A stretch of 64,000 nt of DNA, taken from Squalus acanthias (Eukaryota). The position numbers and the translations under genes were made by a program. Position 1 is the first letter of the stretch; each line of letters begins with the position of its first letter. The stretch covers positions 30,754,001 to 30,818,000 of the forward strand of contig CM059432.1 in assembly GCA_030390025.1 (NCBI GenBank). Reading direction: 5' to 3'. A model generated the notes under the pieces. That model worked only from the letters and a program-made list of their open reading frames with translations, was not told where the DNA came from and made no database searches. Shown piece after piece: positions 49,971 to 61,045 of this stretch.

Positions 49971-52900
49971 TGTCGTAAGAATGAGCCTTACGCGTGGTAA
50001 ACTTAATGTAAGCTTTAATCAACTTAAAACGGTGCTGCATACAAAAGAGGTCTTACCCTATGCCTCTTCCAGAGCTAACTGATCAGTCCAGTATTTATCC
50101 TGGACTGATTACAGGAAGTGATGTCATACAGGAAGCTGAAAAGTGTTACCACATTCTCCCCCCCCAAAAGATTAGGAGGCCGGAATGCTCCCTCCATTTC
50201 GTAGCCGTTGGATGAGGGAGAGCCGCACCCGTTTGGGTTCTCGTAGCGGTAGAGGGCCCCTAGCCCGTTTACCCGCTGCGGGCCATGGACCAGAGTCCGA
50301 GTGCTCCAGCCCGCTCTGTGAGGGGTCAGAACGATCCTGACTGTGTACTGGTACCCGAATGGGTGTCGGGCAGGGCTGTGGCAGATCCGTTTCTGAGCGT
50401 ACGGTACAGGGTTGATCGTGGCTGCGCGTGCGAGCCCCGACGGGCTCATAGTCAGTCTGCCCCAGGTCGGCACGCTGGAGTGAGGTACCAGCCGGCGTCA
50501 GATCCCGATCATGATGAGAGGCACCTGGCAAGCCCAGAGATGTGCCTGGTACAATATCATCCCCTGGTGTCCCTCTATGTTTCGGCGGGCAGGGAGCCAG
50601 ATCCCGCAATGACACGGTAGATTCCCGACCGTCAGGATACCGAATATAGGCGTAGGTAGGGTTGACGTCAGTGAGCTCAACCTCATCTACCAGGGGGTCA
50701 TTCTTAGACGCCCGGACATATCTTCGGAGTAGCACTGGTCCCGGTGCAGTCAGCCACGACGGGAGAGATGTCCCATAGGATGAGCGACGCTGAAATCGGA
50801 AGAACCGTTCATGAGGCGTCGTATTTGTGGCGGTCGAAAGGAGGGACCGTGTGGAGTGTAATGCGTCTGGAAGTACTGCTTCCCAATGCTGGTTGGGTAG
50901 GCCCCGAGATCTCAAAGCCAGACGTACCGCATTCCAGATGATAGCGTTAAAACGCTCGACTTGCCCATTCCCAACCGGATGATAAGGCGTCGTTTTGCTG
51001 GCAGCAATACCCCGTTCCGAGAGATAGGCCTTGAGTTCTCCCGACATAAAAGAAGGGCCCCGATCTGAATGAACATAGGATGCCATGCCACAGAAAGCAA
51101 ATACCTGTTCAAGGCAGCTGATAACCGTGGTTGTCAGCATATTGGGGCAGGGAAAGGCAAACGGAAAACGAGAATACTCATCAACCATTGTTAATAGATA
51201 AGTGTTGCGAGTCGAAGAGGGCAACGGCCCCTTAAAATCGATGCTAAGCCTTTGCATTGGCTGGGTCGCATGTATGAGTATACCACCCGAGGGGCGGAAA
51301 AACCGAGGTTTCAATTCCGCACAGACTCTGCAGTCCGAGCACATCTTCTTTACATCCCCGGTAGAGAATGGGAGATTTCGGGACCGCACGAAGTGCAGCA
51401 TGCGAGTAACGCCTGGATGACACAACCCATCATGGATGTCTACGAGCGTAGAGGGTGCCATGGCGGAGCAGAATGCTCGTGTGAGGGTATCCGGAGCCAC
51501 ATTCTCCTTGCCAGGTCGATAGTGGATGGTGTAACCAAAAGAGGCCAATTCCAGCCGCCAAAGCTGGATTTTATTATTTTTAATTTTGGTCCGTTTTCGA
51601 TTATCGAGCATGAAGGCGACCGATCGCTGGTCCGTGATTAAGGTAAAGTGCTGGCGAGCCAGGAGATGACTCCACTTCCGTACTGCCTCTATGATGGCTG
51701 TAGCTTCTTTCTCGACTGGAGGATAATGTAGCTCAGCCCCTTGAAAAGTCCTGGACAAAAATGCCACCGGACGACCTTCCTGATTCAGAGTGGCTGAGAT
51801 TGCCACCTCCGAGGCATCACACTCAACCACGAAAGGAAGACTCTCATCGATGGAGTGAAGAGCCGCTTTCTCCAACTGCTTTTTCAGGAGGTTAAAGGCT
51901 GCAACAGCCGTTGTGTCTAGTGGGAATGTGCTGGCCTTCAGTAGAGGTTGGATTCGGTCCGAGAAGTTAGGAATCCATTTCGCATAGTATGCAAACAGGC
52001 CGAGGGCCCGGCGCAAGGAGGCCGGATTCTTAGGTGGCGGGAGTTCTTGGAGTGGGCGAAGCCTTTCAGGGTCAGGTTTAATGATGCCATTGCCCACACA
52101 ATAGCCAAGGATGTTGATAGTTGGTTGTGACTCAATGGATTTAGCCGCATTCAATGTCAAATTACGGTGCTGGAGTGCATCCCAAAATCGTTGGAGATTG
52201 GCGTCATGTTCCTGCTGATTGCGACCTGCGACAGTAATATTGTCCAGATAAGGAAACGTATCCTTCAAGTCTTCCTGTTTCACCAGGTCATCCATTGCTC
52301 GCTGGAAGACAGCCACTCCATTAGTGACCCCAAAGGGGAGGCGACGAAATTGATACAGCCGCCCATTGGCTTCAAAGGCTGTATACTGCTTGTCTGAGAC
52401 CTTCAAGGGTACCTGATGATAGGCGCTTTTCAGATCATAAGTCGAGAACACCGTATACTCAGCCAATTTATTAACCATATCATCGATGCGCGGCAATGGG
52501 TATGCGTCCAAGTCCGTATACTGATTGATGGTCTGTGAATAGTCAATGCACAGCCGTTTCTTGTGAGGTTGTAGAGGGTTCTTAACAATAACGACCTGGG
52601 CGCGCCATGGCGACGAACAAGGCTCGATGATATCCTCTGCTAAAAGCCGAGAAATCTCAGCCGCAATAAAAGACTGGTCTTCCTGACTGAAACGGCGTGA
52701 CTTTGTTATAATCGGTTTGCATCGAGGAGGGATACTGGCAAACAGTGAGGGTTCATCCAGTGAAGCTGCTGACAAGGCACAGAACGGTAATCGAGGTCGT
52801 ATATTAGAAATAGTGAGTTCAGGTTTGGATCCGCCGAACTCAATGGTAAGCTTCTTATGCTGCTTTTGAAAATCCAGCCCTAAGATAAGATCACTACATA

Positions 52901-54390
52901 AGTCCTTGAGCACCGAAAGCCGGGTGGAGGGATACCTGTGACCTTTAAGCATTATTTCAACTACACAGAAGCCAGAAATTCTGGTATTAAGTGATGACTG
53001 AGCCATCGCAACTGCCTGGTCCGATGGAAAAACATGTAGCTTTAACTGTGCAACAGTCTGTTCCCTAATGAAACTATCAGTGCTACCTGAGTCAATTAAG
53101 GCATCTAAAGTATGTCCATTAATTGATGCTTTTGTAGCTGCATGGAATAGATTCTGAGGACAAGCAGCTGTAATTGGTGTCGTTGCACAAAGAGTGGCTG
53201 AAATTCTAGGTGTGTTTCTTCGAGAAAAAACCCGAGAGGAAGCACGATAGTTTTTAGTTGGAACATCCTGATAGGCCCTTACTGGGGCAGTTCGGTAGGA
53301 CTTAGCTTGATAAGCCCTCGTAGAGGCTCTTGATAGGCAAACCTTTACAAAATGACCCTTTTTGTTGCAATGACTGCAAAACGCATTGCGAGCAGGGCAG
53401 AATCTCCGAGGGTGAAACTCATCACCACAAAAAAAGCATTTCTTAGATTGCCAAGAGGCTGCCACAGTGGGGTCATCATCCTCTTCATCAGTGAAGTCAT
53501 CAGATCGATCGTCAGGGATAAAGTCCTCCCTAATAGAGTTCACCTGTGGCCTCTTAAATTGCCTGACTGTAGTTAAGGCAGCAGACCGAGGTCTGGGCAC
53601 TGTAAAAAGGTCTGCATTTCTTTTTGCCAGATCTAGAGAGCAAGCCAGGTCATAAGCTCTCTGCAGCTCAAGTGTCTTACTTTCCAGTAGACGCTGGCGT
53701 ATAAATGGGGAGGCAAGCCCGCAGATGAACGCATCACGGATCATTTCTTCGCGGTATAGCTCAGCTGAGGCTGCCCGAAAGTTACAGTCCATACTAAGTC
53801 TGCGAAGCTCTTGGAGGAATTTATCAATGGATTCCTCCGGCCCTTGTTGGGCTGTAGCTAGTAGATGTCTAGCATAGACCTCATTCGGTGTCTTAGTATA
53901 TAGTCTCTTAAGCGTCTGAATTGCCTCCTCATAACTGTCCCAGTCTTCCACATACTGGAATACATTCGGGGTGACACAGTTGATGAGTATCCGCAACTTT
54001 GAGTTATCATCAGCTTTGCAATACTCAAGAAAATTCTCAAACGTGCGATACCAGTGTTTCCACACCTTACCGGCTGCTGGGGTGTTTGGGTCCAAGTCAA
54101 GACGCGATGGTTTAAGGATGTTTTCCATGATGGGTGATTCCCTGGATCCTTAGCTCCGAGTTCGTCCAAAAAGTTTGAGTGCGAAGTTTTTCAAAAGTTG
54201 ATTAAATTGTCGTAAGAATGAGCCTTACGCGTGGTAAACTTAATGTAAGCTTTAATCAACTTAAAACGGTGCTGCATACAAAAGAGGTCTTACCCTATGC
54301 CTCTTCCAGAGCTAACTGATCAGTCCAGTATTTATCCTGGACTGATTACAGGAAGTGATGTCATACAGGAAGCTGAAAAGTGTTACCACA
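49971..54390 (-). mobile_element. Intact Gypsy/Ty3 LTR retrotransposon
   Basis: Identical 183-bp LTRs (49971-50153, 54208-54390), GAAGG TSD (49966-49970 / 54391-54395), PPT GGGGGGGGAGAA, single ORF. Confidence 0.97.
50172..54128 (-). CDS. Gag-Pol polyprotein (1318 aa): Gag, protease, RT, RNase H, integrase
   Basis: Two knuckles (CFFCGDEFHPRRFC, CSHCNKKGHFVKVC), LIDSGS, RLCIDY, LPFG, YLDN, CDAS, H..H..C..C, IDFKGP, SDRG, NGQVER. Confidence 0.96.
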   Translation of the reverse strand: MENILKPSRLDLDPNTPAAGKVWKHWYRTFENFLEYCKADDNSKLRILINCVTPNVFQYVEDWDSYEEAIQTLKRLYTKTPNEVYARHLLATAQQGPEESIDKFLQELRRLSMDCNFRAASAELYREEMIRDAFICGLASPFIRQRLLESKTLELQRAYDLACSLDLAKRNADLFTVPRPRSAALTTVRQFKRPQVNSIREDFIPDDRSDDFTDEEDDDPTVAASWQSKKCFFCGDEFHPRRFCPARNAFCSHCNKKGHFVKVCLSRASTRAYQAKSYRTAPVRAYQDVPTKNYRASSRVFSRRNTPRISATLCATTPITAACPQNLFHAATKASINGHTLDALIDSGSTDSFIREQTVAQLKLHVFPSDQAVAMAQSSLNTRISGFCVVEIMLKGHRYPSTRLSVLKDLCSDLILGLDFQKQHKKLTIEFGGSKPELTISNIRPRLPFCALSAASLDEPSLFASIPPRCKPIITKSRRFSQEDQSFIAAEISRLLAEDIIEPCSSPWRAQVVIVKNPLQPHKKRLCIDYSQTINQYTDLDAYPLPRIDDMVNKLAEYTVFSTYDLKSAYHQVPLKVSDKQYTAFEANGRLYQFRRLPFGVTNGVAVFQRAMDDLVKQEDLKDTFPYLDNITVAGRNQQEHDANLQRFWDALQHRNLTLNAAKSIESQPTINILGYCVGNGIIKPDPERLRPLQELPPPKNPASLRRALGLFAYYAKWIPNFSDRIQPLLKASTFPLDTTAVAAFNLLKKQLEKAALHSIDESLPFVVECDASEVAISATLNQEGRPVAFLSRTFQGAELHYPPVEKEATAIIEAVRKWSHLLARQHFTLITDQRSVAFMLDNRKRTKIKNNKIQLWRLELASFGYTIHYRPGKENVAPDTLTRAFCSAMAPSTLVDIHDGLCHPGVTRMLHFVRSRNLPFSTGDVKKMCSDCRVCAELKPRFFRPSGGILIHATQPMQRLSIDFKGPLPSSTRNTYLLTMVDEYSRFPFAFPCPNMLTTTVISCLEQVFAFCGMASYVHSDRGPSFMSGELKAYLSERGIAASKTTPYHPVGNGQVERFNAIIWNAVRLALRSRGLPNQHWEAVLPDALHSTRSLLSTATNTTPHERFFRFQRRSSYGTSLPSWLTAPGPVLLRRYVRASKNDPLVDEVELTDVNPTYAYIRYPDGRESTVSLRDLAPCPPKHRGTPGDDIVPGTSLGLPGASHHDRDLTPAGTSLQRADLGQTDYEPVGARTRSHDQPCTVRSETDLPQPCPTPIRVPVHSQDRSDPSQSGLEHSDSGPWPAAGKRARGPLPLREPKRVRLSLIQRLRNGGSIPAS

Positions 54391-54629
54391 GAAGGTATCA
54401 GCTGGGGGTTCATCATTATGTTTTGTTTCTCTTTCTTCTCATGCTATTGAACTTCACATAACCTGTTCGCAAGCTACATATGAAACACTCCTTCTACTGA
54501 AAGACACATGTTAACTCTACTTCTCTGCAACTCATTCTAATCTTTCTTCTTCTTCCCAAGATGTCACACCGTAAGAAGAAGAGGAGGAGAATGAAGATCT
54601 GCCAGCATTTCATTACATGTTCTATCACA

Positions 54630-54835
54630 GTCCAAAAATGTGCGGGTTAGGTTGATTTGGCTATGATAAATTGACCCTTAGTGTTAGGGGGGGATTAAAT
54701 ATGTGGGGTTACGGGGATAGGATGGGATATGTTAGGGGGAATTAAATACGTGGGGTTACGGGGATAGGGTGGGATATGTGTCGGTGCAGGCTCGATGGGC
54801 CGAGATGGCCTCTATCTGTACTGTGGGGATTCTGT
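54630..54835 (+). mobile_element. HE1/V-SINE-like fragment
   Basis: tccaaa.atgtgcgggttaggt.gatt.ggc.atg.taaattg.ccctt V-domain-like block and CR1-like tail gatgggccga..tggcct. Confidence 0.6.
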
Positions 54836-54961
54836 GTGAGAAAGCAGGGACAAGGTACTGGATTTGGATGATCAGCCATGATCGTATTGAATGGTGGAGC
54901 AGGCTCGACGGGCCGAATGGCCTACTCCTGCTCCTAGTTTCTATGTTTCTATGTTTCTATC
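54836..54961 (+). mobile_element. CR1 3'UTR with (gtttctat)n tail
   Basis: gatcagccatgatc..gaatggtggagcaggctcga..gggccgaatggcctactcctgctcc. Confidence 0.75.
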
Positions 54962-56669
54962 ATTCACCTGCTTGCTGCAAAGCACCAGCTCATAAACATC
55001 CCTCCAAGGGGATTTAGACAGTGAGCCAGAGGGAAGTGCACAAGATAATGCACAGAGCACAAGTGACCAGCTGGGGTGGAAGATGAGGAGGCAGACATTA
55101 TTGACTAGAAGATCAGAAGACATTGACCATTGGCTTAAAGAACCTTAGGATTCAGTTCTCATTGGTCTTCTTTTAAAAGAAGAATGTTTGCAGAGCATCA
55201 CATGTATTTTAGGCACTGGGAATAGACATTAGAATGTGCAACAGATAGTGGGGAAATTGAAGGAGACCACTGTGTGAATCTTCCACACCATGATGGATGG
55301 ACTTGCAGCACTGCAGTACAGAATGGAGCATCTGTCAGCTCCAGACCAATCTACAATGGAGGCCCCCACCACAGAGGTCCTAATGACATTCTTAGCTTCT
55401 AATAGGGATGCTCCTTCATCCATGGTAACATAGACACCCAATTTGAGAGGGCTGTCTCTTTCATCCTCCAGCCACCTCTGCTCCACTGGTCTGATTTTGC
55501 CCTCCTTGTGCATCCCCCACTCACTTTGTCCACACCATTGGTGGCTATTCCTTCAGTCTTCTAGGCCCTAAGCTCTAGAATTCCCTCCCTAAACCTCTCC
55601 ACCTCTCTCTTCCCCTTTAAGACACTCCTCAGAACCTACCTCTTTGACCAAACTTTTGGTTTCCTGTCCTAATGTCTCCTTCTTTGGCTCGGTGTCAATT
55701 TTTGTTCTGATTACGTTCCTGTGAAGCACCTTGGGACATTTTACTGCGTTAAAGGCACTATATAAATACAAGTTGTTGTATGCTATCATTAGGTCTGCTT
55801 TCCTGCTGAACTGTGGCCATGCAGAAGCAGTTCCAGTAACATGGCAGGAATGTGCTGATATGATGCTGCACTCTCTCAGGATAGAAACACATGCATGCCT
55901 TTCCACCAGCTCCCTCAGATGTGGCATGAATAGAGCCGGGTCAGGCTGTCCGTGCAGCAGCAGCACAAGAGGTGCAGCCTTCAGCAGGTCCACCTCAGGA
56001 TTTACCTGCCACATCAGCCCCAAGAGGCTCATATTGAGACACAGGAGCATCCACCTCACATACACGGACACTCAAGAAGCATCAGAAGGGGGTTGCGAAC
56101 ACAGACCCTCTGCTCTTGCAGAGTCGAAGGGGCAGAGGGTGCAAAGCTGGGATGTAGGGCTTCAGAAGATTGTAGAGGGAAGGATAACTGAAATTATAGT
56201 AATATGAAGCCATAAATATTCAGATTTCCAGATGTTTCATGAGCGATTCTCTTTATGTGCTGTAGTATGAAAGCTTCAGGAGGCAACGCGGGATTAAGTG
56301 AACGCTGAGTGCTCAGTCTTGCCAACAGAGAGACTATTAACTTATTTGGTCTGACCCAGATACTCAGAGAAGCCAAATAAAACTTTTAGTCATTGGAAGA
56401 ACATATTGCTTATGTTAACAAATGTTTAAATACTTGCCAACCACTCTGCATAATCAAGCACATCTCGTGCAGAGAAAAAAATGCAGGCGAGATAGTTAAT
56501 GAGTTCTTTAATAAGCAACACACACATACATCACAGGCAAATGGTTGCTAATTTGTGAGTTTTGATGTGTTAAATGACTAGTCTAAATTGCAAAAACCCA
56601 GGGCATAAAATTAACGGCTCATTCAGGACGGATTTTCATTTTGTGGCAATAGATGAAGAATCCCAAACA

Positions 56670-56774
56670 CAAAAGCCAAATACTGTGGATGCTGGAAATC
56701 TGAAATAAACACAGAAAAGGCTGCAAGTACTCAGCTGGTCAGACAGCATCTGTGGAGAGAGAAACAGAGTTAAC
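56670..56774 (-). mobile_element. Penelope family A pLTR end, truncated at the hammerhead
   Basis: cagcatctgtggagagagaaacagagttaac is the reverse complement of the 3665-3695 region. Confidence 0.7.
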
Positions 56775-57219
56775 GGCCAGAATTTTGGCGGCTGTCAGAG
56801 GGCGGGTTCGGAGGTGGGTCCGCTGTCAAATTCTAAAAGATTGACAGTGTCATAGAGTCATAGGGGTAGAAATTAGGTCGCGCCCCATTTGGGGCGCAAA
56901 TATCGTCCGCGCGCAAATATTAGCGCCTGGCGCTAATTATCGGCACTGACAGGAAACTTCACTTTTACCGCCCCGGGAGGTGAGTGGAGCGCTAAATTAG
57001 GCGCTGCACACCTCTCTTAAGGCGCAAAGGCCTAGGAGTGAGGCGCTACCTCAGCGCACGAGCGCAGCGCAGCTGCTGCCAGTTAGCGAGGGAACACAGA
57101 CACACTGGCGCTGGACACTTCTTAAAGCGGGGGGGGCCACTTGCTCCCCAGCCACACCCTGCTCATTGCAGCCTTGAATCTCAGCCTGGAGAGACCTGTA
57201 ATCCATTTTGCTGCCAAGC

Positions 57220-59074
57220 ATGGAGAGGGTGAGAGAACGCGCTCATCGCTTCACCGAGCGGGCCTTGGATGCTCTGGTTGACGCAGTGGAGCGCAGACGA
57301 TGCATGCTGTTCCCGGAGAGTGGCAGGAGGCCTTTGCCACGCGAGTTCAGAAGAGTGTGGAGGGAGGTGGCTCAGAGCGTCTCCTCCAGGAGCATGGTGC
57401 CCAGGACCCATGTTCAGTGCCGCAAAAAGTTCAACGACCTCACTCGGGTCGTCAGGGTGAGTGGCTTTTTCTCAATACCTCTCCATCCCTCCAGCTCAAC
57501 CTCACTCTATGGCCAGAGGGTCTTAAAACCCCAATGCACAACACTCATGCAACACCTATGGCCCTTTCATCAAACACACACACACATTCCACACTTTGCA
57601 TACAGTAAGGGCTATTCACCTATGGGAGGCACATCAGGCAAGACCATGGCTGCATATTTACTCAGATGCTGTCCTTTTTCTTGCAGGCTAAGCTGGCTCA
57701 TAATCGGAGACAGCAGCAACGGACGGGTGGAGGGCGGCTTCAGCTGCAACCCCTCAGCGATCTGGAGGAGCGCGTCCACAGGATTGTGGCAAGCCGGGTG
57801 ATCGGTCCCGTCGCCACTGGGGACGCCAACCCCGTTGTGGACAGCAATGGTAAGGTCATCACCTTTTTGTCCTCTGTCCTTCCACTTGTCCCTCACAATA
57901 CCAGCCTTTGACACTTTCAATCCAACTTGCTAACTCGCTGCACTTATTCCTCCCTTACTGCCACCCTGTCCTCACGCTAAAGCCACTCTTGTACCTCCCT
58001 GCTTTCAGATGGTGATTCACCAGCTGAGGAGACGGGCCCTGAAGCTGCCACTGGGAGTGAAGCTGCAGCTGAGGGGGAAGAGGAAGCCGGAGCATCAGTG
58101 CCACCCTCTCCCGAGGAAGCCATGGCCACACTGGGAACACGCCTTCCCCGGAGGGGAGCAGGGGGGAAGGGGCTGATGATGGTGATGTTCCAGGACCCAG
58201 CGGGCTGCAGCAACGCCATTGGGGGGGGAGGGAAGAACGGGGGAGCAGGGGGGAAGGGGCTGATGATGGTGAAGTTCCAGGACCCAGCGGGCTGCAGCCA
58301 CGCCATGGTGGGGGGAGGGAAGAACGGGAGCCTTCTCCCCAGAGGGAGAGTATGCCAGACACTCCTAATGCAATGGACGCAGAGGAGGAGCGGCTGATTG
58401 CAGAAATGAACAGCCAGGCGGTGGGCATGCACACTGAGCTCATGGGTGCAGTGGGAAGGGTGCCCGAATACATTGAGGCACTGGCAAGGAGTGTGGAGCA
58501 CTTCGCTGTAGCACAGGCGGATGCCACACTAAAGCTTACTGCTGCAATTCAGTCACTGGCTGCCAGGAACCCATCTGAGACTGCTCTCATGCAGACTCAG
58601 ATTGAGGCCACGCGAGCACTGACTGCTGCCATCCTCGATGGTTCGTGCACATGTCCCCGGGGCTGTCACCGCGCCGCAGCAGGCCAGCAATCTGTTCTCC
58701 GGCAAATTGCTCCGGATGCTGAAGTGCTGCCCCGTGGGAGTGCCAGTGTGTCGGGCGAGCAGGGAGTTGCTGTCCTCTCTCACGATGACAGCATTCCTGC
58801 TGCCAACACTGTCACTTCTCCACTGCACTTGCCACCGCCTGTAGGACAGACTGCTGCCGCCCATGCAGAGTTGGTGCAGTCTGCAGCCGGGCCCTCCAGG
58901 CCCAGAAGTGGTCGAGGCCGTCCTTCAGGGGCATCTGCAGTGTCAGGGTCTGACAAGCAGCAGCCTTCCACCAGCCTTGCTGCAGCCACTGAGGTCCCAT
59001 TACGGAGGAGCAGTAGGGTTAGAAGGGGGGAAGTGCGCAAGGGAAGGAGATCACCCTCGAAGGGCAAAAAGTAG
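57220..59074 (+). pseudogene. Harbinger Myb/SANT-like gene, exons 57220-57456, 57687-57849, 58009-59074; 1-nt deletion ~58121 and 87-bp duplication 58153-58326
   Basis: Colinear with copy 1, same splice sites; frame differs from copy 1 after EEA. Confidence 0.85.
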
Positions 59075-59368
59075 GAGGTGTGCCAAAATGCTGGTCATTT
59101 TTTTATTAAAGGCCGAGGTTCATGGCCCAACTTTTGTTTAGTGTTTTGGACATTATCTCCAGGTTGTGAGAACCAGTTATGTTATTGACTGTTTTTTTGT
59201 GTTTATTTCTATGAGTTTGTCATGAGGAATTGACACACACAGAGTTTGTACAATAAATAAGTTTCTGTATTCAAAATATACATGGCTGGTGGTTGGAATT
59301 ATTGGTGCCTTGGCCGGCTTAGGGGTTGCGTGCTGGGTTGATTCGTGTTTGTAGCACTGGCAGGGGCC

Positions 59369-60529
59369 CTAGAAGCGGCTTGCTATTAGTCGTTGACGGA
59401 CGGCCCTTGCAGTTTGACCATTGTGGGCCGCCCTCCTGCCTTGGTGCTGCTGCTGATCATCGTCCTCGGCCTGTTCCTCCTCTTCCTCCTCCTCCTCTTG
59501 TGGTGCTGCAAGGCCTGGTGGCATTGGCTGCGTCCTGAGGATTGCCATGTTGTGCAACATGCAGCACACCACTACGAATTTGGAAACTTGCTCAGGCGAG
59601 TACTGCAGGGCTCCTCCGGAATGGTCCAGACAGCGGAATCATTGTTTGAGCACGCCGATTGTGCGCTCAATAATGTTCCTCGTTGCTTGTTGGCTTTCCT
59701 GGTACCGCAGCTCAGCAGGGGTGTTTGGCGCACGGAGCGGTGTCATCAGCCAGGTGCTCAATGCGTACCCCTTGTCCCCCAGAAGCCAACCAACTGGCTG
59801 ATGCGGTGCCTCGAAAATTTCTGCCACAGTACTCTGGCGCAGGATGAAAGCATCGTGGCAGCTGCCCGGATAGTGGGCATTGACAGCGAGAATCACCTGT
59901 CTGTGGTCACAGACCAACTGCACATTCAAGGAATGGAACCCCTTTCTGTTCCGGAACTCCTCTGCATTCTCTCGCGGAGCACGCAAAGCCACATGCGTGC
60001 AGTCAATGGCGCCCTGCACCATGGGGAAGCCCGCTACCCTCGCAAAGCCCATAGCACGGTCATGCTGCTTGTCTGGGGTCATAGGGAAGGAGATGAAGTC
60101 TCGTCTCCTTGTGAAGAGGGCATTGGTGACCTGCCGGATGCAGCGATGCACCGCAAACTGGGAGATATTGGCGAGGTCCCCAACAGCAGCTTGGAATGAG
60201 CCAGTGGCGTAGAAGTTCAAAGCCACTGTGACCTTCACTGCCACCGACAGAGACGTCCTGGACCTCAGCTGAGGCTGCAGATCTGGCTGCAGCAGGTGGC
60301 AGAGCTCAGTGACCACCTCCTTGCTGAATCGCAGCCTTCGCAAACACAGCTCCTCGGACATGTGGATGTAGGAGAGCTGTTCACGATATACCCTGGGAGG
60401 GTAAGCTCTCCTGTACATGCGCCTGATGGCCCTCCTCCGTCTGGCCATCATTGCCACTCTCTGTCTGCATCTCACTCTCCTCCGATTGAGCTGGAGCAGG
60501 ACGACGCCCCCAATCATTGCAGCCCCCAT
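59369..60529 (-). pseudogene. Harbinger DDE transposase with in-frame TGA at 59639-59641
   Basis: Same motifs and length (1161 nt) as copy 1; the stop replaces R in KQRFRC. Confidence 0.93.
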
Positions 60530-61045
60530 ATTCTCTTTGCCAGAAAAGTAATGAGGTACAGCAACGAAAGTAGCAGCAAAGTTAGGATGAACTAGGCAAA
60601 ACTACCTCACAAAGCGTTGAGTCAATGTAGAAGTCTCTCTCTCTCTCTCTCCGAATCTCTCTCTCTCTCTCAGAACGAGTGGTGCATAAATGTCGACCAC
60701 AGAAAAAGACAGGAAGAGGCCCCCTTTAAATAGCGCCCCCCCCCAGCCCCACACCGATTGATAACGTTCCAGTCTTCCGGTCGTTGGAAGCGCCAGGCGG
60801 TAAGGCAGGGGGCGCCACTCAATTTCCGCTCCGGGGCGCCCCAAGGGCGTTGCACCACGGAATGACGTCACAATCTGCGCGCGCAGGTGGTCGCAGCGGT
60901 AAGTTTTAGCGCCGCCGCACAATCTCAAGTTAAGTTCTCGAGCGGCGCAAACAGCGCTGCGCCCGGGCGTTAGCGCCTTAACGCCCCATTAGCGCCCATT
61001 TAAGGCGCTAACGGGAGGCGCAACCAACTGAATTTTTACCCCATA

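Larger units (their letters stand above)
56863..61042. mobile_element. Harbinger/PIF DNA transposon, copy 2 (4180 bp), inserted in a CR1 tail
   Basis: GGGGTAGAAATT...AATTTTTACCCC, ATA duplication (56860-56862 / 61043-61045). Confidence 0.95.

Noticed and set aside
55790..56190. Possible ancient Harbinger transposase 5' remnant or host exon
   Set aside because: Too degraded to support either call by eye
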